A stretch of DNA of 64,000 bases from a virus. The notes under the pieces were generated by a model. The model worked only from the letters and a program-made list of their open reading frames with translations. It was not told the DNA's origin and ran no database searches. The first letter of the stretch is position 1. Every line of letters starts with the position of its first letter. The translations under genes were made by a program, and so were the position numbers. Positions 38,001 to 47,353 of the stretch are shown piece by piece. The stretch lies in IMG/VR virus record IMGVR_UViG_3300033553_000372, positions 1 to 64,000 of that record; one strand, given 5' to 3'.

Positions 38001-39030
38001 TGATATTAGAAAAGCAATGGGTAAAAAAGATCCAAAAGTTCTCATACCATATAAAGAAAGATTTATTAATCACTGTTTTCTAAAGTATCCAGAAACTAAA
38101 TTTGATTTTTATGATAGTGATGGAAACAAAGTTTCTACTGTTGGAGAACATATATGGGAACTAATGGCTACTTTCTCAGCTTATGGATTCAATAAGTCTC
38201 ATTCAATGTCATATGCATTAATAGGTTACTATTGTCAATATTTAAAAACGCATTATCCAATTCAATGGTGGATCAGTTGTTTTAAATTTGTAGATTCAGA
38301 AAAATTAAGAGAATATTATTCTGTTGCAAAAGAATATTGTGTTGATCCAGATATTAATTTATCTGAGATGGATTACATTATAAATAAAAATAATAAAATT
38401 CAGTTTCCATTTTCTTCTATAAAAGGATTAGGTCCTAAAGCAACAGAAGAAATTTATAAATGTAGACCATTCGTTTCATTTGATGATTTTATAACTAGAG
38501 TAAATAAAACTAGAGTAAATAAAACTGTAGTTCAGCAGCTTATATTCTCAGGTTGCTTTGAATCTCTACATCCAAATCAAACTCAAATACTAATAGATCA
38601 ATATTTTATAAGTAGAAAAGAAAAGACTCCACCTGAATTAACAGCTTTAGATAAATTTCAATTAAAAGAAAAAAGGGTAAATGCGTTATCATTTCTACAA
38701 GATGATCTTTATGATACATATGTCGATAGATATAGCGATACATTTACCACATATGATCAAGCATTGATTGAAAATAAAGCTCGAAAGTTTATTAATATAT
38801 TAGGTACTATAAAGAAAATAACTTTAAAGAAGACTAAAACTAATAAAGCATTTGGAACTGTTGAGGTTGAAAATGCAGGTGAAACTTTAAAACTTAGAAT
38901 ATGGGAAGATGAGATAGATTTCTACAAAGAAACTTTAAAAGATAAAGTAAGAGTTAAAATTAAATGTGGAGTTTCTGGATATAATGGAACAGTTCAATTA
39001 ACATTAGTAAGTATGGAGATATTAAAATGA
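35035..39030 (+). CDS. dnaE: DNA polymerase III alpha subunit (family C) with intein
   Basis: PHP region, GPGRGSGAGSL, FERF, PDIDLD, KYDILGL, YQE, YGFNKSH, C-terminal OB fold. Confidence 0.95.
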   Translation: MTNINRTYSNLNNKSHFSCGIGIGKPIEIINKAKEKGLSGIAITDRYTIAGLLDFYFLAKKEKFPLALGVELFFFDYSNKINRIILIAKNQEGYFNLCKLVSSSHNNIDMHKVPCVSFYDLNEFKDSLYCLIDNHDYHKILEPIFKENLIYEIILDSDHIDKNKSIIESGNKFVITSDAFIPDETFKILQDIMIDNASFNSTKEVFTESKHILSFNELVEKWKNHIDYFPAQKFIEGIDLSNLILNECSKIELKFNDQVVNFPHLLHPFNLEGHSKTELVWKIAKEYGRLQDNSIYRERFEFEMDAIQNNGRVDLIDYFLVLEDLCRWCRENGVMVGPGRGSGAGSLVNYCLKITHLDPIKYNLLFERFISKGRIQMGTLPDIDLDFSHPDKAREYLIEKYGYDRVIRIGTAQTLKAAGSVKDVAKFLNPELDFMTINNITRTFGVKDQDETELQFFERNCNENDVAKLFFDQYPQIKENVGRLLGYNRQYGTHPCFSGDSTILTDEGFKSFSELNGSIKKVLTPDGWKEAIFFTNGYKDINVFKFKSKQLSNKSYYTKNTEDHLFLNNKNEFENLSSNFIPSQLLANDFDRLFILLGWLWNDGTYLKNKKRFFLYLTKEKDEAILSLLNENDYEITNRSDRVLLSLELSKQIFNLGYCCELVRNKTFPINWNIWTLKQKFSWLRGMFSANGCVIRSAITLKLTSIPLIQEIHNFLKENKYVNVKLGIGTQDLKGWKSRPTGSFYLSFYGNCLFSKTIGFLQEYKNLKIYNKISYINKELIIENQLVYDFTVLDGSCPIGLVNGLWAHNCGIAITQDPLFNFAPLRKVKGQHVLEFSAKSCELSGIIKYDILGLMTLLFLQNCCELVGIDDIYDIPLDDKETFKGFIDGLTAGTFQFNSDVAINILSHLPLELMNLDLLSMTTSVGRPGPMKNHQHVEFYKRVLGDKFSSPPHPALEEELRGTYGIMIYQESVMKASQILGGFTLAEADDIRKAMGKKDPKVLIPYKERFINHCFLKYPETKFDFYDSDGNKVSTVGEHIWELMATFSAYGFNKSHSMSYALIGYYCQYLKTHYPIQWWISCFKFVDSEKLREYYSVAKEYCVDPDINLSEMDYIINKNNKIQFPFSSIKGLGPKATEEIYKCRPFVSFDDFITRVNKTRVNKTVVQQLIFSGCFESLHPNQTQILIDQYFISRKEKTPPELTALDKFQLKEKRVNALSFLQDDLYDTYVDRYSDTFTTYDQALIENKARKFINILGTIKKITLKKTKTNKAFGTVEVENAGETLKLRIWEDEIDFYKETLKDKVRVKIKCGVSGYNGTVQLTLVSMEILK
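36520..37461 (+). mobile_element. Intein (314 aa) with LAGLIDADG-type domain in DnaE
   Basis: THP|CFSGDS...TEDH...LLGWLWNDG...LRGMFSANG...VYDFTV...GLWAHN|CG; removal restores the HPCG motif. Confidence 0.93.
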
Positions 39031-39578
39031 GTGTAGAACAAGAATTAATAGATGAAATGAAAAAAATTAATCTTCATTTGAATATGAAGCCTTCAAAAAT
39101 TGAAGGTAATTTTTTAATTGTTGAATGTGATATAGATACTAAAATAGAATTAGAATGGATTGAAAAGATTTCTCTTGAAAAAATTACAAAGAGAAATTCT
39201 AAATTCTATGTTTGGTTTAAAACAACAGATACTACTACAACTATATATTTCGCAACTGAAGTTCCAAAAGATTTCTTTTTAACTCACTGTATCTCAGAAA
39301 CAATTATAGCAACTACATTTCCAGACTTATGTTGGATTCATTCAGATGGAACAACTCCAGAAAATGTTAATGAAATTGCTACAAAGATGAGAGAAGGAAA
39401 AGAGTATAAAACAGGTGATTTAACTTGGCATCTTCCTTCTAAATATTTAGATGATCTTATTGAGATGCTCCACACTATTAATCCAAGCTTTATGTCTGGA
39501 TTAATGCAAGATGGATTACTTTATGGACCATATGTAAAATCAGCAATTAACTTTAACCAAGCTCAAGTCGAGCTATAA
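39027..39578 (+). CDS. Hypothetical protein coupled to dnaE
   Basis: ATGA overlap, GGAG SD, 183 aa. Confidence 0.7.
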   Translation: MSVEQELIDEMKKINLHLNMKPSKIEGNFLIVECDIDTKIELEWIEKISLEKITKRNSKFYVWFKTTDTTTTIYFATEVPKDFFLTHCISETIIATTFPDLCWIHSDGTTPENVNEIATKMREGKEYKTGDLTWHLPSKYLDDLIEMLHTINPSFMSGLMQDGLLYGPYVKSAINFNQAQVEL

Positions 39579-39589
39579 TAGGAGAATTT

Positions 39590-40474
39590 ATGAGTACAGA
39601 ATTTTACGGATTTTCAGATGACATGTTTACATCTTCACAGAAGATTCAATTTCACAGTTTTAAAAATGGACAACATAAGTTTAGATTGTTGCCACCATAT
39701 GCTCCAGGAAAAATGTTTGAACAAGTTGGTCTTCACTGGGGATACACAGATGAAAACAATAGAGTAAAAGCTTTAAAGTGCACAAAGTTTTCTCATAAGT
39801 TTTGTCCAATTTGTGACGAAGTTGAAAAAATGAATGGTCAAATTGAAATGATCAAAACTGGAGCAACGGCTTATCCAAACATTAAAGAAGCTGAAGAAGC
39901 AATTGGTGTTATTTTAAAAAGAGCTTCAGATATTAAAAGAAAGCCTACATATCTTTGGAACATTCTTACAGAAAATGGAGAACAAAAAGTTCTTTCTTTA
40001 TCTTGGAACGGTCATGATCCACTTTATAATAAAGTAAAATTATTCTGGGAGCAGAAAAAAATTAACGTAACTAATCCAAATGAGAATTACTTACTGTTTT
40101 GTGAAAGATCTGGTCAAGCAGCAAAAACAAGATACACTTATGAAGTTTTAGATAATACGACTAGAAAATTAGAAGGTGTCTCTTCTCTAACAGATTTATC
40201 AAAAGTTTATAGAGACTACACTCCTTCAGAGCTTCAATTAATTGTAGACCAAGGTCATGCTTCAAATCCAACCGAAGATCCAAATGATAGAAATTTTGCT
40301 GCTAATATGCCAAGCGGAATGAATCAAACAACTACACAGTCAACTGTTGCTCAAACAACTGTTGTTGCTCAACAATTTGCTACCACTCCTCCTCCAGCAG
40401 CTCCAGTTCCAACTGAATCTGTAAATGATACTGTAGCTCAAGAATTAGCAAATATGAAAGCATTATTAGGATAA
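39590..40474 (+). CDS. Single-stranded DNA-binding protein (gp32-like)
   Basis: FRLLPP, H...C......CPIC Zn ligands, YLWNI, TRY; low-complexity tail; precedes UvsY/RecA. Confidence 0.75.
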   Translation: MSTEFYGFSDDMFTSSQKIQFHSFKNGQHKFRLLPPYAPGKMFEQVGLHWGYTDENNRVKALKCTKFSHKFCPICDEVEKMNGQIEMIKTGATAYPNIKEAEEAIGVILKRASDIKRKPTYLWNILTENGEQKVLSLSWNGHDPLYNKVKLFWEQKKINVTNPNENYLLFCERSGQAAKTRYTYEVLDNTTRKLEGVSSLTDLSKVYRDYTPSELQLIVDQGHASNPTEDPNDRNFAANMPSGMNQTTTQSTVAQTTVVAQQFATTPPPAAPVPTESVNDTVAQELANMKALLG

Positions 40475-40482
40475 GGTGAATT

Positions 40483-40920
40483 ATGTATTTTCGTAAATAT
40501 AAAAACTATGAAGACTTTTATGCTCAAAATCAGACTAAGTTTGATTGTGTTCAAATGGCAGCTGCAAAAATGAAATCAGTCAATGAGTTATCTCAAACTG
40601 GATCTGCTTTAGCAGAGTCTGAGAAGTTAACTTTTGATTTTTTGAACTTATCTAGTTTGTGTAGTGATTTATTGTTTGGCTTATCTTCTTCAGTTTTGGA
40701 CGCAAAGTCTGATTATAAAAAAATAGAAGGAGTTTTCCATAGAGCATCAGAAGAAAAATCTGTAGCAGCAAAAGAAAAACTTTGTCAATGTGATCCAGAT
40801 TTTGTTGAATCCCATAAAAGGTTTAATGAGCTGACAGACATTTTTGAATACATCACAAATAAGAAAAGAGATTTTGATGCTGCATACTATTATTATCGCA
40901 ATATGAATTCAGATAAATAA
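40483..40920 (+). CDS. UvsY-like recombination mediator (putative)
   Basis: Helical 145 aa between SSB and RecA; KSVAAKEK...DPDF pattern. Confidence 0.5.
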   Translation: MYFRKYKNYEDFYAQNQTKFDCVQMAAAKMKSVNELSQTGSALAESEKLTFDFLNLSSLCSDLLFGLSSSVLDAKSDYKKIEGVFHRASEEKSVAAKEKLCQCDPDFVESHKRFNELTDIFEYITNKKRDFDAAYYYYRNMNSDK

Positions 40921-40930
40921 GGAAAATAAT

Positions 40931-42022
40931 ATGGAAGAAAAACCTAACCTATTCGGTACCCTCTTGAAAAAAGAGGGTTTTTATAAAGCATCAACAATAG
41001 TTCAAGACTTAGTTTTAAAAGTTCCACCAAGGGCTCCAGCTTTTTCTTCTTCTCCAAGTTTAGCTTGGATGAGTTCAGTTGGATTTGAAGCCGGAACTAT
41101 GTCGCTTTGGTTTGGACCAAAGTCTTCTGGTAAGACAATGTTAGTTCTAGATCTCATGAAAGATTTTATGAGACAAGAGCTAGATGCTGTAGCTGTTTTT
41201 ATTGACGCTGAAATGTCATTTGAATTTGAAGCAACATTAAGATGGATGGCTGCAAATGGAATTGATCTTGATAGAGTTTTAGTTATAAGAGAAGTCTGTA
41301 TTATGGAAATTTTCGAAACTAAAGTTTTAAAAGAATTAAATCTTGCTATAAAAAATGAAGGAGTTAAGATTTGCTTTATGGCTGCCGACTCAATCCAAGC
41401 AATGTCTGTAATGAAAATTCCAGACACAGAAGCTCAAATTAATAAAGCAGCAAAAGATGGAGCCTTAACAAAAGCCGATTATGGAAAGAGAGCAAACTAC
41501 TTAGCAAAGATATTTCCATTCTTGAGAATGTTTTGTAGAGATAATCGTATCCATTTAGCCTTTATTGGACAAGCAAGATCAGGTGGAGAAGATACGTTTG
41601 GAAATCAAATATGGGAAACAAATGGTGGAGAAGCCCTTTATCATGAAGTTCAATATAGATTTTTAATTACTCCAGCTGGTGAGCCAATATTCCATTCTAC
41701 AGATTTAGATGCAAACGGTAAGCCTGTAAAAATAGGTCACCAAATAAAATGTATCTGCCAAAAGAATAAAATGGGTGAAGGTCAAGATAGAGTCGGTTGG
41801 ATTAATATCGAATATATGAAAGGCGTAGTTAATAAAGAAAATGAACTCGTTGACATTTGTTCTAAATTGTCTATCATTGAAGGTGGTGGAGCTTGGCTTA
41901 ATTACAATGGATCTAAGTACAATGGATCTAAAAAGATGGCTGAAGCTTTAAGAGAAGATCCATTGCTTTATAGAGAACTATTTAACAAAATGATGATGAG
42001 AGCATCTACCGGAGCAACATGA
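40931..42022 (+). CDS. recA: RecA/UvsX recombinase
   Basis: GPKSSGKT, FIDAE, DSI, GGEAL, KNK, GGAW. Confidence 0.92.
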   Translation: MEEKPNLFGTLLKKEGFYKASTIVQDLVLKVPPRAPAFSSSPSLAWMSSVGFEAGTMSLWFGPKSSGKTMLVLDLMKDFMRQELDAVAVFIDAEMSFEFEATLRWMAANGIDLDRVLVIREVCIMEIFETKVLKELNLAIKNEGVKICFMAADSIQAMSVMKIPDTEAQINKAAKDGALTKADYGKRANYLAKIFPFLRMFCRDNRIHLAFIGQARSGGEDTFGNQIWETNGGEALYHEVQYRFLITPAGEPIFHSTDLDANGKPVKIGHQIKCICQKNKMGEGQDRVGWINIEYMKGVVNKENELVDICSKLSIIEGGGAWLNYNGSKYNGSKKMAEALREDPLLYRELFNKMMMRASTGAT

Positions 42023-45000
42023 ATACAAAGTTAATCGTAATTTCAGACGTCCATTTATCATTAAAGAATTTAGACGTATCAATTGAAACATTAACTCAAG
42101 CATTAAAATTATCGAGGGACTTAAAGGTCCCTCTTTTTATTGCTGGAGACCTTAATGATGGGAAGGCCTTAATTAGATCTGAGTGGGCAAATCCACTAAT
42201 AGATTTATTCAATGAATATAATGATGTTTTAATTTATATTCTTATTGGAAACCATGATCTTCAAAATAAAAATGCTTCCTCTAATTCACTTTATTTTCTT
42301 AAAGCTTTATCAAATGTTTGCTTAATAGACAAACACATTACAAAAAATATTAATGGAATAGATTTTGGAATTATTCCATATCAAGTTTCTACAGTTGAAT
42401 TGCAAGATATTATCTTACAAATGAAAGATAGGGATGTTAAGAGCCTATTGATCCACCAAGGTATTTGGGGCGCATATATGGGCGATTATATAGTAGATGA
42501 ATCATCTATATCTCCTGATGCCTTTAAAGATTTTGATTTTGTAGGCTCTGGACATTATCATAGATCACAAAGGCCAGCTGATAATATTCTTTATTGGGGT
42601 TCGCCATTCACAACAAATTTTTCAGAAGCTAATGAAGAGAAGTTTATATGGAAAGTTGAATTATTAAATGATAAAATTAATACAGTTCCAGTAATGACAA
42701 ATGTTAGAAGACACAAGCAAATAGTATTTGAAGATTCAATTACTCAAGTTGAAAAGCTTCCAGCAAATTCATTAGTCAAAGTTCTATTGAAAGGAACAAA
42801 AGAATTTACTCAATCAGTTACGGTAGAATATTTAAAAGAATTATTAGGCGTAAACTCAGTTACCATCTCGACAGAGATAACAAAACAATCAGAACAAAGA
42901 GTCTCATCTGAGATATTAAATAACCCAATTAAAGTTATTGAGTTCTATTTGGCTAACTGTAAAACTACTTATGATAAATTAGAATTAGAGAAATATTTTA
43001 AATCTGCTGTAGGCGATCTCATTAATAATTTCTCTCAATCTTCTTCTAAACAATTTAGGCTTAAGAAAGCTAATTGGAATAATTTTCTTTCATTTAAAGA
43101 AGAATCGTTTGAATATTCACCAATGGGATTAACATTAATTGAAGGCTACGATGAAGACCTTGGCGTTAATACTGGATCTGGAAAGTCAAGCTTTTTAGAT
43201 GTTCCATGTTATGGAATGTACGGTGAGACTTCAAAATCTCTTAAGGCTGATGAGGTTATCAATAGACAAGTTGGAAGAGATTTATTTGTTGAATTATTTT
43301 TAGAATCTAATGGCGAAGAATATATTATTCGTAGATATAGAAAACATAGATTATTTGAAAACGATTTACATATGGTTATGCCAAATGGACAAGAGTTAAG
43401 AGGAAAAGATAATAGAGAAACTCAAAAACTTATTGAACAAGAATTAGGAAAGTCTTTAGATATTTTTCTTAAATCAAGTTACTTCACTCAATTTGGACCA
43501 ATGGATAGATTTTTATCTGCATCTGATACAGAAAAGAAACAATTGATTGCAGAAATTACTGACCTATCTATATATGATACTATATTAGATCGTGTTAAAG
43601 ATCTTCTTAAGGAAGATCAGAAGTCTCTTGATTCTGCTGAAACCCAACTAAAACAAGATTCTTATGTAGTATCTCATTTAAATGTTACGATTCAAGATAA
43701 TACGAATAAATCTATTAATTGGAATATAGCCCATAATAATAGAATAATTGAAACTGGAATTTTAGTTGATAAAGAAAATATTAGAATAGCTAACGATAAA
43801 ATTGAATTTAATAATAAATCAAATGAGTGGTTAAATCAAAGTTCTCAATCAATTAAGAACCTTAAATCTCAAGAAAAAGGTTTTGAACAACTTAGATTAG
43901 AGATGATTGATAACTTCAATACAGATCTATTAATGTTTAATGCTAACCAACAAGGTAAAATTGAATCTATTAATAATGAGATTGAAGAGTTAAGAAATAA
44001 GATAACTCCACTTCAAGATAAACATGATGAGTTATTAAAAACTCTTCCTGATATGTTGACATTAGAAAATGAGAGAAAAGAATTATTAACTAAAAAAGAA
44101 ACTATTGCTCAATTAAAAATAAAAGAGCAAAACATTTCAAATGAACTTTTCTCTAATGATAAACAAATAGAAGCTCTTCATAATAAGATTGCCGCTGATA
44201 TAAAAAAGATTAATGGAGGTGATTCATCTGAATGTCCACATTGTTATCAAGAGCTAGATGCAAACTGTATTCATAAAAATATTGAGGTATTTCAACATGA
44301 TATAGATAAGTTGGATAATCTTTCAAATGATTTAAGAAAAAAATCAGATGCTATTAAATTCTACATCGATCAGACTCCACAAGTATTAGAGAGACTTCAG
44401 CAAATAGAAAAAAGTGGATATGAAAAAAAGAATATTGAATTAGAACTTGAAACTATATTGAGAACAATAAAGTCTATTGGTGAGACTATTAAATTCAAGA
44501 ACGATATGTTAGATCAAATCAATAGTTCAGTGAGTCCTGCTTTAGCTCAGATAGAAAATAAAAAGAAAGAAGCTAATCCATACACACAGTTAATTATAAA
44601 TGAAGAGAGCAAAACTAATCCATATCTTGAATATAGAGATATAGAGAATAAATATATTTTATCATTAGAAAATCTTAATAAAGAGATTAATCCATACCTC
44701 TCAATACTAGAACAAAATGGATTTGATATTCAACAAGCTCAATTTGCAGAACTTAAAGGCCTTGAGACTCTAGATTATTGGGTAACCAAAGTTGATTATG
44801 GAACTTGGTGGAAACAAGCCCTACATGTTTATATTAAATCTTATTTAATGGACTCTTGTTTTGAGCAAATTAATATTATAGCAAATGAGCACCTTAATAC
44901 ATTATTTGACGGCGTATTAAAAATTAATATTTCAGCCACAACTGAAGCAAAGTCTGACATAAAAGAAAAGATTTCTGTTCAAATTATAAACAATGGAGAT

Positions 45001-45297
45001 GAATGTTCTTATAATTCATTATCAGGCGGTGAGAGAGCTAGAATATGCTTAGCTTTAAATCTTTCATTAGCTAAAGTAATTGCTAAAAGTTCAGGAAATA
45101 AATTGAATTGGATAGCTTTAGATGAGATTCTTAATGGCTTAGATGAAGTTGGTAAAGCTCAAACTATGAAGTTCTTAAAGGAACTTGAATCAGAATATGA
45201 AACTATATTTGTGATTGATCATGATGAATCATTTAAGTCTATGTTTACGAATTCTATATCGATAGTTAAGAAAAGCAAAGTGTCAACGATTGTATAG
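42019..45297 (+). CDS. Fused SbcD(Mre11)-SbcC(Rad50) nuclease-ATPase
   Basis: SDVH, GDLND, GNHD, GHYH phosphoesterase motifs; NFLSF, GSGKS, CPHC hook, LSGGE, LDE, IDH, all in one ORF. Confidence 0.92.
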   Translation: MNTKLIVISDVHLSLKNLDVSIETLTQALKLSRDLKVPLFIAGDLNDGKALIRSEWANPLIDLFNEYNDVLIYILIGNHDLQNKNASSNSLYFLKALSNVCLIDKHITKNINGIDFGIIPYQVSTVELQDIILQMKDRDVKSLLIHQGIWGAYMGDYIVDESSISPDAFKDFDFVGSGHYHRSQRPADNILYWGSPFTTNFSEANEEKFIWKVELLNDKINTVPVMTNVRRHKQIVFEDSITQVEKLPANSLVKVLLKGTKEFTQSVTVEYLKELLGVNSVTISTEITKQSEQRVSSEILNNPIKVIEFYLANCKTTYDKLELEKYFKSAVGDLINNFSQSSSKQFRLKKANWNNFLSFKEESFEYSPMGLTLIEGYDEDLGVNTGSGKSSFLDVPCYGMYGETSKSLKADEVINRQVGRDLFVELFLESNGEEYIIRRYRKHRLFENDLHMVMPNGQELRGKDNRETQKLIEQELGKSLDIFLKSSYFTQFGPMDRFLSASDTEKKQLIAEITDLSIYDTILDRVKDLLKEDQKSLDSAETQLKQDSYVVSHLNVTIQDNTNKSINWNIAHNNRIIETGILVDKENIRIANDKIEFNNKSNEWLNQSSQSIKNLKSQEKGFEQLRLEMIDNFNTDLLMFNANQQGKIESINNEIEELRNKITPLQDKHDELLKTLPDMLTLENERKELLTKKETIAQLKIKEQNISNELFSNDKQIEALHNKIAADIKKINGGDSSECPHCYQELDANCIHKNIEVFQHDIDKLDNLSNDLRKKSDAIKFYIDQTPQVLERLQQIEKSGYEKKNIELELETILRTIKSIGETIKFKNDMLDQINSSVSPALAQIENKKKEANPYTQLIINEESKTNPYLEYRDIENKYILSLENLNKEINPYLSILEQNGFDIQQAQFAELKGLETLDYWVTKVDYGTWWKQALHVYIKSYLMDSCFEQINIIANEHLNTLFDGVLKINISATTEAKSDIKEKISVQIINNGDECSYNSLSGGERARICLALNLSLAKVIAKSSGNKLNWIALDEILNGLDEVGKAQTMKFLKELESEYETIFVIDHDESFKSMFTNSISIVKKSKVSTIV

Positions 45298-45342
45298 TAT
45301 AATTCTATTATGGATACAATAATAATAAATTAAGGAGTTTTT

Positions 45343-45660
45343 ATGACAGAAGCAACAGCGACAGTTCCAGCACCATCAACAGTAGTATTTGTTGAGAAAA
45401 CAATTAAAGTAACTAAAGAAGCAAATGATGTTGCTGTAGCTTTAGTAAAATTAACTGAATCAATTATGGAAGCCAATAAAGATGGATTTCAAGCAATGAC
45501 AGATGTTCCAATGGTAATCATGGAAAACCTTAAAACCTTAGGCGCAGCTATTGATAATGCAGGACAAATGAAGGTTGAAGCAAAAGAAGCTATGCCAGAA
45601 TTTATTAATGCCTTCACTTCAGCTGGAGCTGAAATCGCTGGAAAAGTTCTTAAGAAATAA
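45343..45660 (+). CDS. Hypothetical helical protein
   Basis: AAGGAG SD; followed by a terminator. Confidence 0.75.
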   Translation: MTEATATVPAPSTVVFVEKTIKVTKEANDVAVALVKLTESIMEANKDGFQAMTDVPMVIMENLKTLGAAIDNAGQMKVEAKEAMPEFINAFTSAGAEIAGKVLKK

Positions 45661-45682
45661 TTGTTAGTAAAATTATTTAAAC

Positions 45683-45712
45683 AAATGCCACTCTTTTTGG
45701 GTGGCATTTTTA
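45683..45712 (+). terminator. Rho-independent terminator
   Basis: AAATGCCACTC-ttttt-GGGTGGCATTT followed by T. Confidence 0.8.
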
Positions 45713-45725
45713 TTTGAGGTTAAAG

Positions 45726-46412
45726 ATGAAACTATTACTTTTGTTATTATTTACTGGATGCGTGTCTCAACAATCTAACTTTTCAGATGAAGCCTATAAG
45801 AATTCGTTTTATAAAAAGGATATGAAGCTATCTTCTAATGGATTTAAAGGTATTGGAACACTTGTTCTTCCAAAGGCTACAGATTATAAGATGGACTTTG
45901 AGTCTTATGGAACATTGGATTTGTTTACATTTTCAACTTGTCACAGAGAAATCTCAATTGAGGAAGCTGGAGAGCGTGGAATTTTTGGTAATAAGAAAAA
46001 AACTAAGCTCACTTATTCTCCAAATTCTATGGAACTAGTTGCATGTCCAATTGATATTGGTGGATATGATGCAGATAAAGGTAGACACTCTTGGGCCTTT
46101 ATTGCTATCGAAACAGATAAACATACACTTCCAGCAAATGTGCAATGTAATGGAGACACCTATAACTCGAGAGGAACGACTATTTGTCAAGCAAGAGCTG
46201 GACTTGTTCAATCTATTTCATTTGAAAATGAAGTTGTTTTCGTACTAGACAAATCATGTTCAGATTTAAAATACACTTATGAAAATAAGACGCTTACTTT
46301 TACAATGAACAAAGGACCTTGCGTAAACTATTTTAAAGAAATAAAGGCCCCAAATAGAATACATGAGCTAACTACATTTGGTTATGAAAAAATATTAATT
46401 AGAAAAATTTAG
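45726..46412 (+). CDS. Putative lipoprotein (Cys-rich)
   Basis: GAGGT SD; MKLLLLLLFTG-C lipobox. Confidence 0.7.
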   Translation: MKLLLLLLFTGCVSQQSNFSDEAYKNSFYKKDMKLSSNGFKGIGTLVLPKATDYKMDFESYGTLDLFTFSTCHREISIEEAGERGIFGNKKKTKLTYSPNSMELVACPIDIGGYDADKGRHSWAFIAIETDKHTLPANVQCNGDTYNSRGTTICQARAGLVQSISFENEVVFVLDKSCSDLKYTYENKTLTFTMNKGPCVNYFKEIKAPNRIHELTTFGYEKILIRKI

Positions 46413-46422
46413 GAGACTCATT

Positions 46423-46647
46423 ATGCCATGGAATTTATTATTAACAATAGGCGTTAAACTTGTTGGTGCTTACTTTACAAAACATAAGGCAAAACAAGAA
46501 GAAAGACAAAAGTTTTTAGAGTTCGTAACTTACTTAGATTCTAAAGAATTAATTTCAGCTAAAATAAAAATGTCTTATAAAGACACAATGTCTGAATTAG
46601 ATCAAAAAATTGCAGAGGCAAATAAGAATGAAAATACTGTCTCTTGA
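46423..46647 (+). CDS. Small membrane-anchored coiled-coil protein
   Basis: AGGAG SD; hydrophobic N-terminus then charged helix. Confidence 0.6.
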   Translation: MPWNLLLTIGVKLVGAYFTKHKAKQEERQKFLEFVTYLDSKELISAKIKMSYKDTMSELDQKIAEANKNENTVS

Positions 46648-47353
46648 TCTCTCCACAAAATCTGGTTGGTCCATAATAGATAATGGTAAACTTATTTGTT
46701 ATGGACTTGTTGTTTCAAAAATAGAAGGAGATTCTTTCTCTAATGATTATCCTCATAATTATATTAGAGCAGCTAAACAGATGGCAGTTGATTTAAAAGA
46801 AATAGCTATTAAGAATAAACCTGATTATATTGTTATTGAAGAAACAAATAAAGGCAAGAATAGATTTTCTCAAAAGTGTTTAGAATTTATTCATTATGCA
46901 ATCAATGAATCATTTGGTTGCAAGGTTCATTACATAGATACCTCTGAGTGGAGAAGCTTATTAGAAATTTCATTAGATAAAGAACAACGATCAGACAATA
47001 AAGAAATTAAACAAGCAAGAGATGAAATGTTTAATCAAATTTATAATGATGAATGTTCTCATTATAAACCAATACTTGATTTTAAATTAGCTTCATTGAT
47101 TAAAAAAAGAGAGATTACAAAAGCTCAAAAAACTTTTAATATAGAGATGATCCAAAGAACTAAAATCAGAATGAGATCGTTTAGATTTAAGGTAGAAGGA
47201 AAAGTTAAAGGCAAAATAGATGCTAAAACTTTATCGGTGAATTACGTAAATGAGTATTTTAATCTTAACTTTAAGAAAAAAGATAATGATGTTGCTGATT
47301 CAATTTGTTTAGGATTAGCCTTTATTAAAAAACTAGAGAAAAAAAATGAATAG
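46628..47353 (+). CDS. RuvC-like Holliday junction resolvase
   Basis: MKILSLDLSTKSGW, IVIEE, SEWR, DVADSICL; long helical insertion. Confidence 0.8.
   Translation: MKILSLDLSTKSGWSIIDNGKLICYGLVVSKIEGDSFSNDYPHNYIRAAKQMAVDLKEIAIKNKPDYIVIEETNKGKNRFSQKCLEFIHYAINESFGCKVHYIDTSEWRSLLEISLDKEQRSDNKEIKQARDEMFNQIYNDECSHYKPILDFKLASLIKKREITKAQKTFNIEMIQRTKIRMRSFRFKVEGKVKGKIDAKTLSVNYVNEYFNLNFKKKDNDVADSICLGLAFIKKLEKKNE

Noticed and set aside
38494-38526. 15-nt tandem duplication in dnaE (TRVNK x2); similar YNGSK x2 in recA near 41903-41932
   Set aside because: In-frame, and it fits the normal protein motif at these positions; no sign of a functional DNA repeat.
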